Assembly (NCBI GenBank): GCA_037447605.1
Contig: CM074812.1
Location: 1,984,001 to 2,048,000 of the forward strand
DNA length: 64,000 nt
Direction: 5' to 3'
DNA from: Zygnema circumcarinatum SAG 698-1b
Lineage: Eukaryota; Plantae; Zygnematophyceae
Part shown: positions 23,998-36,504 of the stretch, piece after piece
Numbering within the stretch: position 1 is the stretch's first letter
How the letters are laid out: every line of letters begins with the position of its first letter
Program-made: the position numbers and the translations under genes
Notes under the pieces: generated by a model
Seen by the model: the letters and a program-made list of their open reading frames with translations, nothing else
Databases searched by the model: none
Told to the model about the DNA's origin: nothing

Positions 23998-25286
23998 AAG
24001 ACCGGTTGTGAGAGAGAGATTCAGAGAAGGGTGGGCAGGGGAGGGGAGGGGAGGGGAAGGCGACCTTTGACCGACCGTACCCTAAGCGCGCACAGAACTG
24101 GGCTTTACGCGCGCGTTTCAAAAAAACCCGATCGAAGCGGTACACGTGTGAACAGGTCAGATAATAGCTGCTTGACTCCCGCGGCAGTGTGAACGCCCGA
24201 CGAGCGACGGCCGAGTCGTCGTTGTCCGCTGCGGCTGCCGGCTCGACACGTGGCGGGCGGCCGGGCGGCCAGGCGCTCAGGCGTACCTCAGCGCCGCGTT
24301 TCGGCGAGCGGACACGTAAGACGTGACGTGAACTGACGTGACGTGACTAATGGAGACGGGCCTTCAGGCGGGGCGGAAGGGGCGGGGAGGTGGAAAGCAG
24401 GCGCCGCCTCACAACAACACGAGCAACACTTTTCAATTCTAGTGCCACGTTTTCGTGTTCGTGTTGAACATGGAGACATGAGATGAAAGGAACAAAAAGA
24501 ACGACAGTACCGACTTCGCCACTTGTGATGAAATTTGGTTTCGATGTTTCAAAACATTTAAGTAATTACTTCTTCTAAATTTGGGCAAAAAAGAAAAAAA
24601 ATACAAAAGCAGCTCCCAAACCTGATTCGTTTGAGTTACAAAGACAGAATTCCCCTGAAACCCCTACAACCCTACAACCCTGGAAACATAAAACCCTAAA
24701 GCAAGTACAGATTCTTTGACTTCTTGCGGCCTCTCACGGCTTAGGGTTCCAGATGTCCGTACCAACCGTACAGCCCGCCCGCACGGATGTACAGTCCCGC
24801 ACGTGCCGGGCGGGATATCACCGAGCGAGGGGGTCCTAGACCGGCCCACTCCTACCTCGTGGACAATGGCCGCCGCCCCCCCCCCCCCCCCCNNNNNNNN
24901 NNCCCCCCCCCCCCCCCCCTTCCTCTCTCTCTCTCTATCAACTCTTCCCTCATGTTGTCTCCCATCAATCTCTCCATCTCTCTCTCCCTTTCTTTCTCTC
25001 CATGTCTCTCTCTTTCTTTCTCTCTCACCCTCTCTCTCTCTCTCTCTCTCTCTCGCTCTCTCTCTCTTTCTCTCTCTCTCTCCTCCATTATCTTCCCTCC
25101 CTCTCCAAAACATTACTCCCTTACAGTGATGCCCGGTTTCGATTTATTCATCGCCAATACCCGCCCCTTTTCCTCCTTTGACATCCATCTTTGTCCTTCG
25201 CGTTGAGCCGGCAGCCGAGTCGCCCTCGGATGATAATGGCTCCTCCTCGTCGCGATCGCGCCGCTTCCAAGACACAAAAAAAAGGC

Positions 25287-26247
25287 TCATTCGTCCGGAT
25301 CCATTTTTTGGGGCGGCGGACCGAAAATTCGGAGGTTGCGATCCATAGTCGCGACAGCGAGGTACGATGCATCGGGTCCGAATTTCATCGCCGTAATTTT
25401 TCCTGCAAGAAAGGAGAAGCAAATAGAACAGAGGAAAAACATAAGGGGGAGAGGGAAGAAGAGAACGGGCGAAAAGGACGCACAAGAAGACTCCAGCAAA
25501 AGAAATGATATGCAGGCATGAACAATTGGTTTAAACCAGAAAATTGGGTTTTTTAAGTCTTTTGGTTTCTCACCAGTTCCAGAAAGGTCCGGAAAGCTCT
25601 TCAGGTAATTCCAGTCCGTTTTGACGGTACCCACTTGATAGACTCTGTAAAACAAAGATAGAAAAACGGAAACAAATGAAAATGGACAAATAGAAGGACG
25701 GACATTGGGTGAATTGAACGCTTTTGAGGAATTAAAAGGCTAGTTTTCCGGGTCTAAGGTCTCGGGTTTAGGACTTTTAGGTTTTTAGAATTTCGGGTTA
25801 GGGTTTAAGATTCACATTACACATCATTATGCATCTTAACATATCTAAATAGAGATCCTCTAAACTGAGATGCCGAAGAAGCAAAAAGGAACAAACGAGC
25901 ACTGACTTGTCCGTCAGCTCATTAGAGTGAATCCATAAACAGGAAAAACGTCACAAAGGGGAGAAACAAAAAACCGACCTGGCATCAGACCCGCCAATAG
26001 CCAAATAGTTTCCGCTATGGTCAAAATCCACTGCAACGCAGAAAATGCACAAAGCTCAGGGAAAGACTGGAGGAGGAGGGAGTGGAGTAGTGAGCCCGGA
26101 TTGGAGGGAGAAGATGAGAGGAGAGGGGAGAGAGGGAGAGAGAGGGAGAGAGAGAGAGAGAGAGAGAGGTGGGGATAAGGAGAGAAGCATAGAGCATAGA
26201 GGAGATATACAAGGAGAAGAGAATGAAAGGGCAGAAAGAAGGAAAGA

Positions 26248-26302
<55 letters not shown>

Positions 26303-29300
26303 NNNNNNNNNNAGAGAGGGGGGGGGGGGAGAGATTTGCCCCCCCACCTGCGTTAGATGACACTCCCTCCTCAAACGCCGAAATAGTTCGAAAATTTCGA
26401 AGCTTTCGCAGGTCCCAAAGCTTCACACTGTCTGCAGCGGCAGACTGTAAAGACACCCAAAAATAAAAATGGGGACAGACAGGGGAGATAGAGGGGAGGG
26501 AAAGAGGGGCGAGAGAAAGGGGAGGGAGAGAGGGGTGAGAGAGGGGGGTGAGAGGGGAGAGAGAGGGAAGGGAAGGAGAGAGGAATGGGAGAGCGAGGGG
26601 AGAGAAAGGGGAGCGGAGAGAGTAGGGAGAAGAAGTGGGGAGGGAAAGAGAGGCGAGATGTGGGAGACAAAGGGAAGAGAGAGGGGAGAGAGAGAGGAGA
26701 GAAAAAGGGGAGTGGCAAACAAAGAAACAAGAAAATACAAAAGGGGGGAGGCCACCTCCATTTCCTACGCTTCGAAAACAGCAAGTTCACATTAAAGCGC
26801 GGGAAACAGCTTCATAGCATTTATTAAAAATCATGAGGAAAAAAAATATAAGAAAGTCAAAACACTTACAGCGAGGAAGTACCCATTTTCAGAAAATGTA
26901 ATTCCTGTAACGGGTCCGGAATGGCCCTCGAATTTCGCCACATTTGTCTGAAATGGAAATAAAGGGAAACACAGAAATACATAAATTAGTATTTTCCATC
27001 TGACGTTGATCTCCCCTGAATCGAAGGCAAAGACCTCAAATCTCTATTCCTTTCATCATTCTCCTTCCTCTCCTCTCCCACTTCCCTCGACATCTGTCCA
27101 ATTCTCCCTCCCTTGCCCCTTCCCTCCTCTCCCCTTTCCTCGGTTCCCCTCCCCTCTCCTCTTCCCTCTCTCTCTCCCTTGCCTTACCACTCATCCCTGT
27201 CCCCTTCCCCTCCCCTTCCCCTCCTTCCCTCGCTCTCTTCCCTTCACCATCCTACCTCATCCCTCTCCCTCTCCCTCTTCATCTCTCTCTCCCCTCCCCC
27301 TCTCACTCGCTGCTCATGTATCCCAGAGAAGGAACCCCTCCCACCCACCTGCGTCTTCATATCCCAAATTCTGACGGAGGATTCCGCAGTTCCCGTTCCG
27401 AGAATGAGCCCGTCTGGATGGAAGGCGGCGGCCGTGTAGCCGTCCGTCACGGAGGGATCGCTCACCTTTACCCAATTTGCCCCCAATTTCCCTTTACTTC
27501 GACATTCCGCTGCTCCACACAATCATCTTTTCAGGCTCCCCAACTTCTGCTCATTGCAAATAGACCTCTATTGTTGCCTCTCGGTTTGTGTTATTGAAAT
27601 GGGAGTTAGAAAAGATTATTCTTAAGATTTCAATCGGAAAAGGAAGACTGATTAAACAAGTACAGCAATTTGTTTTCAGTTTCCCTTTTCTTTCCATTTT
27701 TTTTATATCGCATATAATGGGTTTATTTGAGTATGTACTTGAGTGAGGCAGATGCCTGTTTCGAGTTCATAGAATGCCCATGTTTTGTCGGAGGAAGCGG
27801 AAACGAAATAATTTGCCGTAGCATGGAGAGTGACTGCCTTGACCTGGAACCACCTCCGACCGCTTATTCAAAGAGGGAGAGAGCAGGAGAAAGGAAGAGA
27901 GCAAGGGAGAGGAGAGAGGAAAGAGAGGGAGTGGAGAGTAGAGGGAGAGATGAGGGGGAGGGAGAGAAAGGAGATGGCGGAGAAGAAAAGTGTGAGAGAG
28001 AGAGAAATGGAGAGAGATATAGGAAAGAGCGGGAGAGAGAACGCAAACGAGCAAAGCAGCAAGGAAAGAGAGAGCGAGGTTAGTTTTTCTCTAATCTAAT
28101 GCAGCAAACCTCTCCAGTGTGCTCCCGGAGGATGTGTTTGCATTCATACTCCCCGTCCTCTTGGGCCCCCCATATTCGAACTGTCTGCAAAACCCCAAAC
28201 CAAATTAGATTAATTGAAGGAATCATCAATGACGCTTTTTTCAAAATCTTGTCTTTTCTTCTAAATTCCCTCTCCCGGCCGATGACTTTCCTTATTCACA
28301 TACACAGTATGAGTAGACCCCAATTTACCACTTAAGAGGGGTATACAGTGGAAAGTTTCTAAATAAATTGGGGGTCGGGGCAGAGGTTTTATTCCCTTAA
28401 AAGGGTTTTCAACATAAAATTACTAATTGAAGCCCACTGATTCAATGAACTTTTCTCCGGAAGAGAATATGCATTTCGGATGATTGCACTATCTGCTGAA
28501 CCGATTAGAACCCCACTTAAACAAAAATTAACTTAACAGGAATACTCGAAGAGTGGGGTGTTCGCTTAAAGAGTACGTAAAAAGGTAATCACTTAGAGAG
28601 GCATTTACTTACAGGTGGCTTCACTTAAGAGGGGTACTCACTTAGAGAGGTACTCACTTAGAGGAGTATTCACTTAGAAGGGTACTCACTTCGAGGGGCA
28701 CTCACTTAGATGGGTATTCACTTAAGAGGGGTGTTCCCTTAGAGGGGTATTCACTGTATTCACTTAGTGAGGCATTCACTTAAAGGTGTATTCACTTAGA
28801 GGGCCATTCACTCAGCAGGGTCTTCGCCTAGGGTCCGTTTTCATTGTTCAACTTTCTTTAACCTCTTCAACTTTGCTGAGTAGTTCAATTTTGCTGATGT
28901 AATTCTTGCACATGCGGAAGTTGAAGTGTAGCAGCTAAAAAGCTGCTGTTTTGGAGGTTGGAAAACTCTCCACATCAGTTTCCGACTCCGGAGATTCATC
29001 CGCGGAAGGAAGTTGAATTATTTAAACACACCCTTAGAGAGGTATTCACTTAGAGGACTGTTCATTCAGAGCGGTAATTCCTTAGAGGGGCATTCACTTA
29101 GAGAGGTTCTTGGTAGCCATATGACCTTGTCAGCCGATCCTGTCAGCAGGAGATTGTCACGCGGTACGAACTTGACAGCTGTCACCTGCACATTGGCCAG
29201 ACCACGTTCAGAGGGAGACGCTCTTAAGACGTTCGTCCTTTCACGTTTAAGGTTTCAAATCTTAAGATTGCGATTTTCCATGTAAAAGTGATATTGAAAG

Positions 29301-32300
29301 AACGCCAAAAGTGAGAGTGTAGGAGGATGAGTACATCAGTTTTTCAGATTTGATATCTTTCAGTTTGGCAACGCTGCGAAGAGGGAAGGGAAGGGAATTG
29401 AGTAAAGCAGGGGAAAGAGGAAGGAAGGGCGAGCGGGTGAGGAGGCAGGAGGAGAGGAAGGAGCGGGGGGATGGCGGAAGGAGAGTGGGAGAGAGAACAC
29501 AAAGCAGTACCCGCTTGGTGTGTCCGCTGAGTGTGGCCGTCACATGCGACGTTGTTCTGTCCAACATAACGGCGGCTCCATCGAATCCACCTGTGACCAC
29601 CACATCCTGCAACGTGTCCATCCCTCAGCCCCACTGCCAAGTCAGCACTGACTCACTCTGTAGAAGTGCTCTGAGTTCACACCCCACTCAATTCCAAAAA
29701 AAAAGAAAAAGAAACCAAACAGGAAAACGAATCATAACTTTCAATTCCTAGCAGCCTGCAATCCTACCAATCCTGAAGCCCCGGAATCCCCAATAACTTG
29801 AAAAAACCCTAGAAAAGTTGGAAACCCCGAAGCCTCAAAAAAACCTTAAATCCGGATCCCATGACATTCTTTGGTTACCTTTGTGGGGTGAATATCGAGG
29901 CACAAAATTCCGGGCTTTGTAGTTTTGTGCAGCGGATGGCTCGAGAGCTGCGTGTAGAGCTCCAAAGCTTCCGGAGTCGCCAAGGTGGCGGAAATCTGCA
30001 AACTCGTTCAAACCACGTTTTGTGGACACTTCATAAAAACGCCTCAAAGTTGAGGTTTCATAGGAACTCAGTTTAGGAGTTCTGACTGGAAAGCGTCTTA
30101 AAAACCCAATATTTGCTGAAATCCTACAACTCTCGTGTCCAAAACCAGAGGGCTATTCTCTATTTCCTGACTACAAACAGCGAACTGCAGACCGTAAAGG
30201 ATAAACTGAAGCAAGCTTGGTTTCCGAGTACCGGTTGACCTGAAACTGCAACTGAAATCGCAATTGACACTGATAATGAAACAGTAATTGAAACTGGAAC
30301 GGCACCAGCAACTGCAATGGAAACTGCAAACGAATCTGAAATTGCAACTGAAACCCCAACTCCAATTGCCACTGCAACTGCGACTGCAACCGCAACTCAA
30401 CTCCAACTGCAACTGGACCTCGAAGTAAAATCAAAACAAGTTCGTCAATACAAAAAAAATAGGGCAAAAGTATACACACACACTGACACTGGAACTGGAA
30501 CTGGAACTAAAACATAGAAGTTGCACCTGCCGCTTTTTCCGCTGCCCCGACAGCTTTGCGTTGCATTCCATCATTTCCCCGATGATGCTGTCCGTGATTC
30601 CTTGCCGGGACCGTTTAGCGGCCCGTTCCTCCTCTGTTTCCACAGCCTCCTCCTCCTCCAGAGCTGCACGAGTTTCAGGGTTTCCAGGGGGTTAAGGTTT
30701 CGAGTATTTAGGCTTTACGAGTTAGAGGTTTTCAAGAGTTTGAGGGGTTCAAAGAATTGAAGGGTATTCAGTGCGTTAAGGCTTCAGGCTTTTTGGAACT
30801 CTTAGGGTAGTCATATGTTCTTTGGGTTTTTGGATCCCTTCTATGAAGGGCTTTCAGTGGTTTCGGGTTTTGCTAGGAGTTTCAGGGTTTTAGGTAATTC
30901 GGCCTTCGGGGTTCCATCATGCCATCATCGACCCATCATCATCATCATCACCATGAGCGCCAAAAAAAAAGGGAGGGGGTCACAAAAGGAAAAGAAATCT
31001 AGGCTTCTACAGCAAAAACAGCAGATCCCATACGCGCATAAATACCATGCAAATATACATACAGACAAGCACACTCACAAAATTGCAAGAGCGACAAAAA
31101 AGGGAGAAAGAGAGAGAGAGGAGGGAGAAAGAGAGGCGTGCAGTCCCCTGACCTCTCTTCCCATTGGCCTGCGCCCCCGGCTGCCCGCCCAGGGCCAGCC
31201 CCGCCCCCTGCAACTGCCGCTGCGCAGAGACCAGGAGCTGCCGCGCCTCGTCTCGCTCCCGCACAAGCCGGGCGATCACACGCGCTGCAGCATCCGACTG
31301 CGGGAGTGGGAGAGAGAATGAGGGGGGAGAGGGAGAGGGAGAGGGAGGGGGTGAGGGAGGGGGGGACAGGGGGAGGGAAAGATGAGGGGGAGAAGACACG
31401 AGAGAAGGGGAAGGGGAAAGTGGAGGAGAGGGGAGAAGGGGAGCTGCGGGGGGGACGGGGGGAGCAGGGGAGGGAGAGGGGAGGAGGGGAGAGGAAGGAC
31501 GAGGTAGGGGAGGAGGGGAGGGGAACGGGAGGGAGGGGAGGGAAAGAGGAAGGAAGGGAAAGGGGAGGAGGGCACGAAGAGAGAGGAGAAACAGGGAGGC
31601 GGGGATGGAATGGGGAGAGGGGGAGGGGGGAGGGGGGAAAGGGGAAGGAGGAAGGGGGGGTAGGGGAGGGAAAGGTAGGGAGGCGAGCGAGAAGGGAGGA
31701 GAGAGGAAGGGAGGGAGAGGGGAGCAGGAAGAAGGGTAGGGAGAAGGGGGTGAAGAGAGAGGGGCGGGAGAGAAAGAGGATGAGGGAGGGAGAGAGGCAA
31801 GGTGAAGAGCGGCAAGGGAATAAGTTCTCCCATCTTTTCCCATCTCACCTGGAAGAGAGAAAAGCTCAACTCCTCTCTCGCGCTGTTGAGCTGCTGTTCC
31901 AATTGGTAATCTCTCAACATCAAAACATCCCACTCCTGGACCCCAACCATCGTGTGAGAGACAGAGAGAGAAAGTGAAGATTGACAAGAGTGAGAATGAG
32001 TGAAAGAAGTGGGATGAGAGACAGGAAGAAGTTGGAATGAGATAGGAAAGAAAGAGGAAGAAGGAAATGGGGAAAAGAGGAAGGGCAAACGAGAAGAGAA
32101 GAGAGAGAGAGAGATGGAGAGAGCGGGAGAGGGAAAGCCAGAGGGGGTGAGTAAATAATAACTTGTTCAGAACAATAATTGTTTCGTCACATCAAGCTCC
32201 CCTTCTTTTTATATTTTTTTCTACACATCACTTACATTCTGGAAAAGTGCCAGCATTCCGGGGATACTGGCGGCCTGGAGAGGCCGTGGCTTCACTGCCT

Positions 32301-33877
32301 GCACATAGAAACGACAATTTCTAACAGAAATCGTCATATGTGAACGCCACATAACTAGACTAACGCGTACGAACTCCACCGTTGGAATGTAAAAGCAAGG
32401 GGGAAAAAGAGAAGTAATATCACTCCTCCCTCCCCTCCACTTCTCACTCCCACTCCCTCTTTCAATCTTCCTTCCCGCTCAATTACACATAACGAATGGC
32501 GATGCAAATCAAAATAACAAGCATTCATACACAATAGAACTCGTTGATTTAAAAATTTAAATAATTCAATAGCCGCTGTGTCATATAAGCGATAAAAAAC
32601 GAACTAGTTAACATGTATTTATTGGATTGCGTTTTGATACCTTGTTTGTTTTCACAGGAACGAGGTCCTGCAGAGTCAGTGTTTCGCCCGTAACAGGGCA
32701 TCTCCCTGTCTCCTGCATTTACAAAGGAATAAAGAGCCAAGGGAAAGGGGGTTGGTGGTGGGGTGAGAAGGAGCAGAAAATAAGATACATTTCTTTCCAG
32801 GAAAGAGAAATCTCCCTCCTGCGTTCACTCAGCCTCCCTCCCTCTCTCTCGCTGCCTCTCTCTCGCCCGTCCTATCCCGCTCTTTACTTCTTATAGACCT
32901 CACCTCTCCCTCGCCCCCCCATCTCCTCTCCATCTCTCTCTCTCACACTCTCTCTGACTTTCTGTCCCCCCCTCATAGCAAAATACCTCAATTTTTTGTT
33001 CAATCAGTCGCCGCTCAAAGAGGTGCCCCGACTTCACCGATACGACCGGGTCGACAGGCGTAACGCCAGAAACTGTCAAAAAGTGGAAGGATACAAATCC
33101 ATGTTTTCACAATATTGAACATGCAAACAAAAAAGAAAGATGCATTTACATGTGATGTATTTTGAAGAGCAAAACGGGAACACGTCAACTGTGTACGGAA
33201 AACGGATCCTTCTTATATCGTGCTTGAATTCCAACATGCTCAACGCAAAAAGGAAAATGTCAAATATCAAAAAACTGGTTAGTTGCTGAAAGCGCCTCAT
33301 ACGGAAAAGAAGGTCTTTAACTGCATTATTCAGAAGATCAACAATTCGGCTTGCACCGTCAAAGTTCAAAGTTGGCAAATTAGGGTGTGCTCAGTTCTCA
33401 TGCAGCCTATGGAAAACCTAAAATTTCAGAATTTTACAATCGTACGCAGAAGGAGAACCCGATATAGAAGCGATTAACCCTAGAAATCAATTTTGTTTTT
33501 TACGAAAGGAAGGTGGCTGAAAAGTCTAAAAGTTCGGATGCAGCTGCGGATTCAATCTTTAAAAAAGGAAAAGGTGACAGAGATGAAAAATTTTGGATCG
33601 AAGGAAACAAAATAAGGATATATTGAACGAGGGAAAGAGGGAGACGGAGAGGGAGTGCGAGTGGGGAAGACGAAGGAGAAGAACTAGGGAGAAGTGGAAA
33701 GGAAGAGGGAGAGGGAGTAGCAGCAAGAGCTGGAGAAAGAGTGAAATAAAGAGGGAGATAGGGACAGCACAAGGGAGAGGGACAGGAGAGGAGGGAGGTG
33801 GAGAGAGAGTGGGAAAGACCAAGGGAGAGAGTGAGAGAGAGAGAGAGACGAGAGAGGAACTAACGTGCGCAGAACAT
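25287..33877 (-). CDS. PRP19: Pre-mRNA-processing factor 19 (U-box + coiled coil + WD40; MAC3-like), about 17 exons
   Basis: Micro-exon ATGTTCTGCGCAC|GT at 33877; [25 protein letters not shown]; [19 protein letters not shown]; [13 protein letters not shown]; EWDVLML..LEQQL; [15 protein letters not shown]; [14 protein letters not shown]; VTAVKFV..LTGSADK; [17 protein letters not shown]; [21 protein letters not shown]; [12 protein letters not shown]; FPDLSGTG; [22 protein letters not shown] (stop 25287-25289). Confidence 0.97.
28510..29110. repeat. 16-17-bp minisatellite (CACTTAGAGGGGTATT consensus) in a PRP19 intron, interrupted at 28831-29033
   Basis: Roughly 20 degenerate units at 28510-28830 and 29034-29110, plus an outlier near 28330. 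Confidence 0.9.
28831..29033. mobile_element. Tourist/PIF-Harbinger-like MITE, 203 bp, degenerate
   Basis: Left end GGGTCCGTTTTCATTGTTCAACTTTCTT versus reverse-complemented right end GGGTGTGTTTAAATAATTCAACTTCCTT (21/28 match); flanks CTA and TTA resemble a TTA target duplication. Confidence 0.55.
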
Positions 33878-34286
33878 GGCGGAGGTGGAAGGAGCGCTCG
33901 GCCTGTTCCAAACCGACTTCTTCTCCGCTCAAACCCTAAAAAAGTGCTGTGTATGTGGCACCGCACGAGAGGGAGGATGCGAAGGATGGGAGAAAGACGG
34001 GAGACAAATACACGGGGGGGGGTAGGGAGGGAGGGTTTTGGCAACTGGCGGCGGGGCAATGGGGGGGACGGGCGGGGTGCCGGGGTCCAGGGCTGGGCCG
34101 AGCCGGGCCGGGCCGGGCCGCGGGCCGGAGACCGCAGCATTCGCACCTGCCGCAGGCGAGTGCCGGGCGGGCGGGCGGGCGGGCGGGCGGGCGGGCGGGC
34201 GGGCGGGATTCCACTCGGTGGACTCGCCGTCCACGAGCGGAAGTCAACGGAGGGCGACCGACCGACAGCCATCGTCAAATTAGCGA

Positions 34287-34352
34287 GGGTTTTAAGGTTT
34301 TTAGGGTTTTAGGGTTTTAGGGTTTCTAGAGTTTTTAGGGTTTTCAGGGTTT
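34287..34352 (+). repeat. Telomere-like TTTTAGGG tract upstream of PRP19
   Basis: GGGTTTTAAGGTTTTTAGGGTTTTAGGGTTTTAGGG.. read directly; a (GGGC)n run lies at ~34165-34206. Confidence 0.9.
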
Positions 34353-34668
34353 AAATTGCACTCGAATCCTTCTGCAATATATCCCGATAGTCTTCAGTTG
34401 AATCCCCCAACGATACATAACAATAAATTGCATTCGAATCCCTCTACGATATATCCCGATATTATGAACTTTAATCTCCCAACGATATATAACAATAAAT
34501 TGCACTCGAATCCCTCTGCGATATATCCCGATATTCTGCACATGAATCCCTCAACGATATATAACAATAAATTGCACTCGAATCCCTCTGCGATATATTC
34601 CGATATTCTGCACTTGAATCCTTTAACGATATATAACAATAAATTGCACTCGAATCCCTCTGCGATAT
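34352..34668. repeat. 72-bp tandem repeat, 4.4 copies, made of two alternating related 36-bp subunits
   Basis: TAAATTGCA at 34352, 34424, 34496, 34568, 34640; subunits GAATCCCTCTGCGATATATCCCGATATTCTGCACAT and GAATCCCTCAACGATATATAACAATAAATTGCACTC. Confidence 0.95.
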
Positions 34669-35234
34669 TGTTGATGTATAGGGTACATCAAGGTGTTGGT
34701 ACTTAGTTCCTCGCATGAATGTTGTCCAGGACGGTCATGTTTGGTATAGGATCGAACGTGGGTGGTGCCCGTATCATCAGGGAACGGTACGGCAGGTCTA
34801 GGGATGGTCTAGGGTCGTAGGTTTGCGGCCTAGACTTAGACCGTACCAAAAAGGGTGCGCGGAATGCGCCTTTGAACGAATGGAGCGCGGCCATACTGTA
34901 CGGACACGAAAGCATACGGACACGGAGATTTGGGCGCGAGAGGCAGATTTGCGCGAAGCGACATGATCTTTGTGTTGGTCGCGACTCGCGACAGCGTGCA
35001 AATCGCGGCGCATCTCTGTGCGTAACGTGACGCATGGTTCGGTAATGTCGGTGGAGAGAACTTGAGAGAGACGTTGGATCGCGCTGATTGGTCGCAGCGC
35101 GAGCGCGGAGCGCGGGGCGCGCGACACATGGCGCAACGGGAGGACTTCAATGGCGGTGCGCGACGCGGCGTGGCGAAGCGTCAGAAGGCGGCGAATCAAG
35201 AATCAAGCCGCGCCACGTGGACCACTCGGGTACA
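34669..35234 (-). mobile_element. Possible LTR remnant with adjacent polypurine tract
   Basis: 566-bp segment bounded by TGT...ACA; on the minus strand A-G11 then TAT precedes TGTACCC..., and the end is ...CATCAACA. No TSD and no internal coding domain seen. Confidence 0.35.
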
Positions 35235-36504
35235 ATACCCCCCCCCCCTAATATTTGCGCCATGGTTTCGGCAAATATGGGGAGTCACACCTTGACCATC
35301 GCTTACGAAATTCCCGAATTCCTTATACTAAAAGTCCCCTTTGTTGTCTTATCTTGTTTTTGCGCGGAATATTCCGTCCGTCGCGCGCGGGCAGGGAGAA
35401 AGTACGGCTGGTCCAATCCGCGCCTCGCAGCCAATGGGCGCGTCCCCTCCTCCCCGGCCCTGCTAGGATGGCTGAGGTCTAAGGTTAGTCATCAGTCGAC
35501 TGGCTTGGCTCGGCTCGGCTTTTGGCTGACATAGGGCGCTTTAAAGGAAGGGCCTTTCTCTCCGATCGCCCTCGCGTTGTTGCGAGTGAGTATAGGAAGT
35601 AGGCGGCGCTCTGACAGCTCGCGGCCAGTCATGGCAGGCAGCCCATTCATTGGTCAAGGTACTATCCATAGTTGTGCAAACGCAAAACACATTGCAATTC
35701 TTCTAAAGACTGCCAAGCAGCTAAAGCTCGTTACCCGCCGCCTGAAAGCGAGAGACTCCAATGGCATGTACCTCACCGTACGGAACAGAACTTCCCGTTA
35801 CAAGCCACCCTTGCTGGTCATTTCAGCGCCTATAACTCCCTCCCTCCCCTCACTCTCTCACTCACTCGCTCATGACCTTCCAACTGCAAATCATAAATGG
35901 AATAACCATGAATGCGGGCACGCCCACTTGTTTACGGATACGCAGAACATCCATTACATTTTATTTTGGAACATCCAAAATAATCCCTCCCATTCGAGGG
36001 GCCAAAAAAGTGGAAGTGGAGCAGTAAGGCCTAAAGCCCTCGCCATGCTTGCAGTCACTTCCAGGAGTCCGGAACCACCACTGTATTTGAACATCACTGC
36101 TTTCAAACCTGCAGTGAAAAAATACAAAAAACTAGAAGTTAGTTCCACAAAACAGGAAAACGAAATCCACCACCACTTAAAATGAAAGGGCTTGAAGTGG
36201 AAGAAAAACATCATCTGCATAGTTCACTAGTTCCACATTGTCTGAACTTTCTTTGTGTCCACACCTCATTCACTCATTCTGAACCCTAAAAACCCTTTCA
36301 CGTCCCTCTTCTTTTTTCCTTCTTTCCTTCTCTCCTTCGTTCCTTCCCCCCTCCTCCTCCCTTCCTCCATTGCTTCCATGACATTCTGCGCTCCAATCAA
36401 TCACAGCACTCCATGACAAGCCAAACTCCGCCCCAAACAAACTCACCAAGGCGGTGCTCTCTCAGCCCTCTCCGACCAATACATACATACATTCATTCAT
36501 TCAT

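Noticed and set aside
30190-30510. 6-bp-period ACTGCA/ACTGGA tract translating as TATAT.. or QLQLQ..
   Set aside because: Degenerate microsatellite within a PRP19 intron; the flanking exons join without it.
34356-34706. 116-aa ORF with 24-aa periodicity resembling a leucine-rich repeat (LNPLTIYNNKLHSNPSAIY)
   Set aside because: Periodicity comes from the 72-bp repeat, which has a 36-bp DNA substructure; key LRR leucines are not kept between units; no ATG or splice context; several frames on both strands are open.
35577-36220. 202-aa plus-strand ORF and an exon-like minus-strand segment after TTTTCACTGCAG
   Set aside because: Non-ATG start, no recognisable domain in any frame, no coherent exon chain; may be UTR of the phosphatase gene.
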